A stretch of DNA of 64,000 nt from Octopus vulgaris (taxonomy: Eukaryota), in the NCBI GenBank assembly GCA_951406725.2, contig OX597824.1, positions 12,214,001 through 12,278,000 of the forward strand, in the 5' to 3' direction. Position 1 is the stretch's first letter, and each line of letters begins with the position of its first letter. A program made the translations under genes and the position numbers. This document shows positions 61,646 to 64,000 of this stretch, in pieces. The notes below the pieces were generated by a model. That model was not told where the DNA came from, did no database searches, and saw nothing but the letters and a program-made list of their open reading frames with translations.

Positions 61646-63094
61646 CCCATGCTAGCATGGAAAGCGGACGTTAAACGATGATGATGATGATGATGATATA
61701 TATATATATATGTATTCATCTATATCTATAAATATATGTACACACCCATAAGTGCCTTTATAAACACTCCTATAAGTGTCATCACCACCACCACCACCGC
61801 CACCACTGCCACTCCATCATCACTACCACTCCTTCATCATCACTACCACTGCCACCATCCTCATCATTATCATCATTTTCATGTCTGCGTTTCCAAGTAG
61901 GCATAGATTGAATGGGTTTTCTGAGGTAATGTTTAAAAGCCAGACGCCCTGTGTTGCTGCTGCTGCCAATCCCTTTTAGTCATGTTTTAAAATACATAGG
62001 GATGTTGTGTACTTAATCTAAAACAGGGATACAGCAAGTATACCTATAAGGGTGTTTCTGCAATAACTTTCACAAGCTTCATAATCGGGGCAGCACACCT
62101 CAAAGATTATTATTACTACTCTACTCTTTTACAGTCATTTGACTGCAGCCATGCTGGAGCACCACCTTTAGTCGAGCAAATCGAACCCAGGACTTATTCT
62201 TTGTAAGCCGAGTACTTATTCTATCAGTCTCTTTTGCCGAACCGCTAAGTTATGGGGACGTAAACATGTCTGGAGAGCCAACGGCTGCATCAGGCTCCAG
62301 TCTGATCTGGCATAGTTTCTACAGCTGGATGCCCTTCCTAACGCCAACCACTCCAAGAGTGTAGTGGGTGCTTTTTACGTGCCACTATCATTGGAGCCAG
62401 TCAGGTGGGCCTGGCATTGATCACGTTTGGATAGTGCTTTTTACGTGCCACCAGCACTGGGGCCAGTTGTGGGGCACTGGCATGGGCCACGTTTTGTTGG
62501 TGCTTTTTACATACCACCGGCATGAGAACCAGTCAGGGGGTACTGGCATCGGCCGTGTGAGTGAATTTGCTAAACAGAAACTGTGTGGATGCTTATCATG
62601 TATGTATAGTGATGTATATCTGTATGTGTTTGTTCCCCACCATCGCCTGACAACCAATATTGGTTTGTTTCTGTTCCTGTAACTTAGTGGTTCCACAAAA
62701 GCGACTTGTAGAATAAATTTTCCAATATGGTGCCCTGGTGTGACTGCAGTTCAGTGACTGAAACAAGTAAAAGATATAAGATAAAACTAATTCTGCATTT
62801 AATAATGGCTAATATTCCATTTGTGCGTATTTAATGCATGTAATGAATCATTAGGGTGTATTTAATGTAGCTAATTAACCATTTATATGTATTATGATTA
62901 ATAAGCTATTTGCATGCAGTTGATAGAATTAATATGCCATAGCAATGAAAGCAGCAGCAACTTTTCTGATATTTAATTTTGTTCCAGACAAGGCTTGAAG
63001 CCACAGTAATGTAATGGACTACAAAGAAGGAACCGAGGAGGCCTGCAAATTCAAAAGTCTAAAAGACTGAATATCATAGAATAGAGGAAGACAA

Positions 63095-63510
63095 GGCAGC
63101 GATCTGGCAGAAATGTTAGCACACTGGACGAAATGCTTAGCGGTATTTCGTCTGTCTTTATGTTCTGAGTTCAAATTCCGCCGAGGTTGACTTTGCCTTT
63201 CATCCTTTCGGGGTCGATAAATTAAGTACTAGTTACGCACTGGGATCCATGTAATTGACTTAATCCATTTGTCTGTCCTTGTTTGTCCTCTCTGTGTTTA
63301 GCCCCTTGTGGGTAGTAAAGAAATAGGTATTTCGCCTGTCGTTACGTTCTGAGTTCAAATTCCACCGAGGTTGACTTTGCCTTTCATCCTTTCGGGGTCG
63401 ATAAATTAAGTACCAGTTACGCACTGGGGTCGATGTAATCGACTTAATCCTTTTATCAGTCCTTGTTTGTCCCCTCTATGTTTAGCCCCTTGTGGACAAT
63501 AAAGAAATAA
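63095..63510 (+). mobile_element. SINE family B (dimeric) with a perfect 18-bp TSD
   Basis: agaatagaggaagacaag at 63078-63095 and 63510-63527. Confidence 0.9.
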
Positions 63511-63543
63511 GAATAGAGGAAGACAAGATGATAGTAATGAGTT

Positions 63544-63741
63544 CTAGAGAGTAGTTGTTTCAGGAAAGAATCTATTAGAATAAAAGTACTTATGACTAAA
63601 AGGAAGCTCAACAGAGAAACAATGTACCTGGGAAGGGAAGCAGGTGATATGTTTAAAGGTCCTAAGAGAGGATTCTAAACCAGAAAGGTCATCAGAACAA
63701 TGATCATGGAAATATCTATAGAGAAGACAAATAATGTACAT
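63544..63741 (-). mobile_element. Degenerate 3' end of a CR1/Jockey/Crack-like LINE ORF2
   Basis: Translation LLYRYFHDHCSDDLS...YSNRFFPET resembles the post-RT C-terminus of such LINEs (pattern recognition only). Confidence 0.55.
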
Positions 63742-64000
63742 TTCGACAATTAGTTAAAGATACCAAACAAGTAGAAAGAAAAGGAACCACCATCTTAACA
63801 ACTTAATTCTGAATTTCATCAAGCAATTTTTAGACACTTAGAAGAAGCAACCGGAAATTATTTCACTAATTTGTTTGAAGTATTTTGTTTGAAGTATGAT
63901 ACTGCATCCTTTAAGGCCCTCATGCTTTCCGAAATCCGCCGAAACTACACCTGATTATATATACACTTTAGATGAGTTGTAGTGCAACTGAGCACTGTAC

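Overview
AT-rich, repeat-dense eukaryotic DNA, very probably an octopus (inferred from the SINE families and (TA)n/(CA)n/(ATG)n content). The window lies inside one minus-strand gene, a classical calpain (calpain-B/CAPN9-like). Nine GT-AG exons (51455 down to 4185; 1304 nt, about 434 codons, phases all compatible) encode most of the CysPc protease core with an intact Cys/His/Asn triad plus the CBSW/C2-like domain III. The first coding exon(s) and the penta-EF-hand exons were not found and are presumed outside the window. The introns hold several SINE families (often nested, with target-site duplications), TTAA piggyBac-type MITEs, four non-autonomous Helitron-like elements, mariner/Tc1 relics, RTE and CR1/Jockey-like LINE 3' ends, Penelope-like relics with hammerhead motifs, and local tandem arrays. 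Most ORF-track entries are microsatellite or repeat artefacts. The main leads are: (1) a cluster of candidate 10-18 nt microexons in repeat-poor islands of the 21-kb intron between the catalytic His and Asn exons; (2) a sense-strand minimal hammerhead ribozyme split by a MITE, plus long palindromes whose apices sit on hammerhead motifs; (3) repeated insertion of one SINE family at the same site of another.
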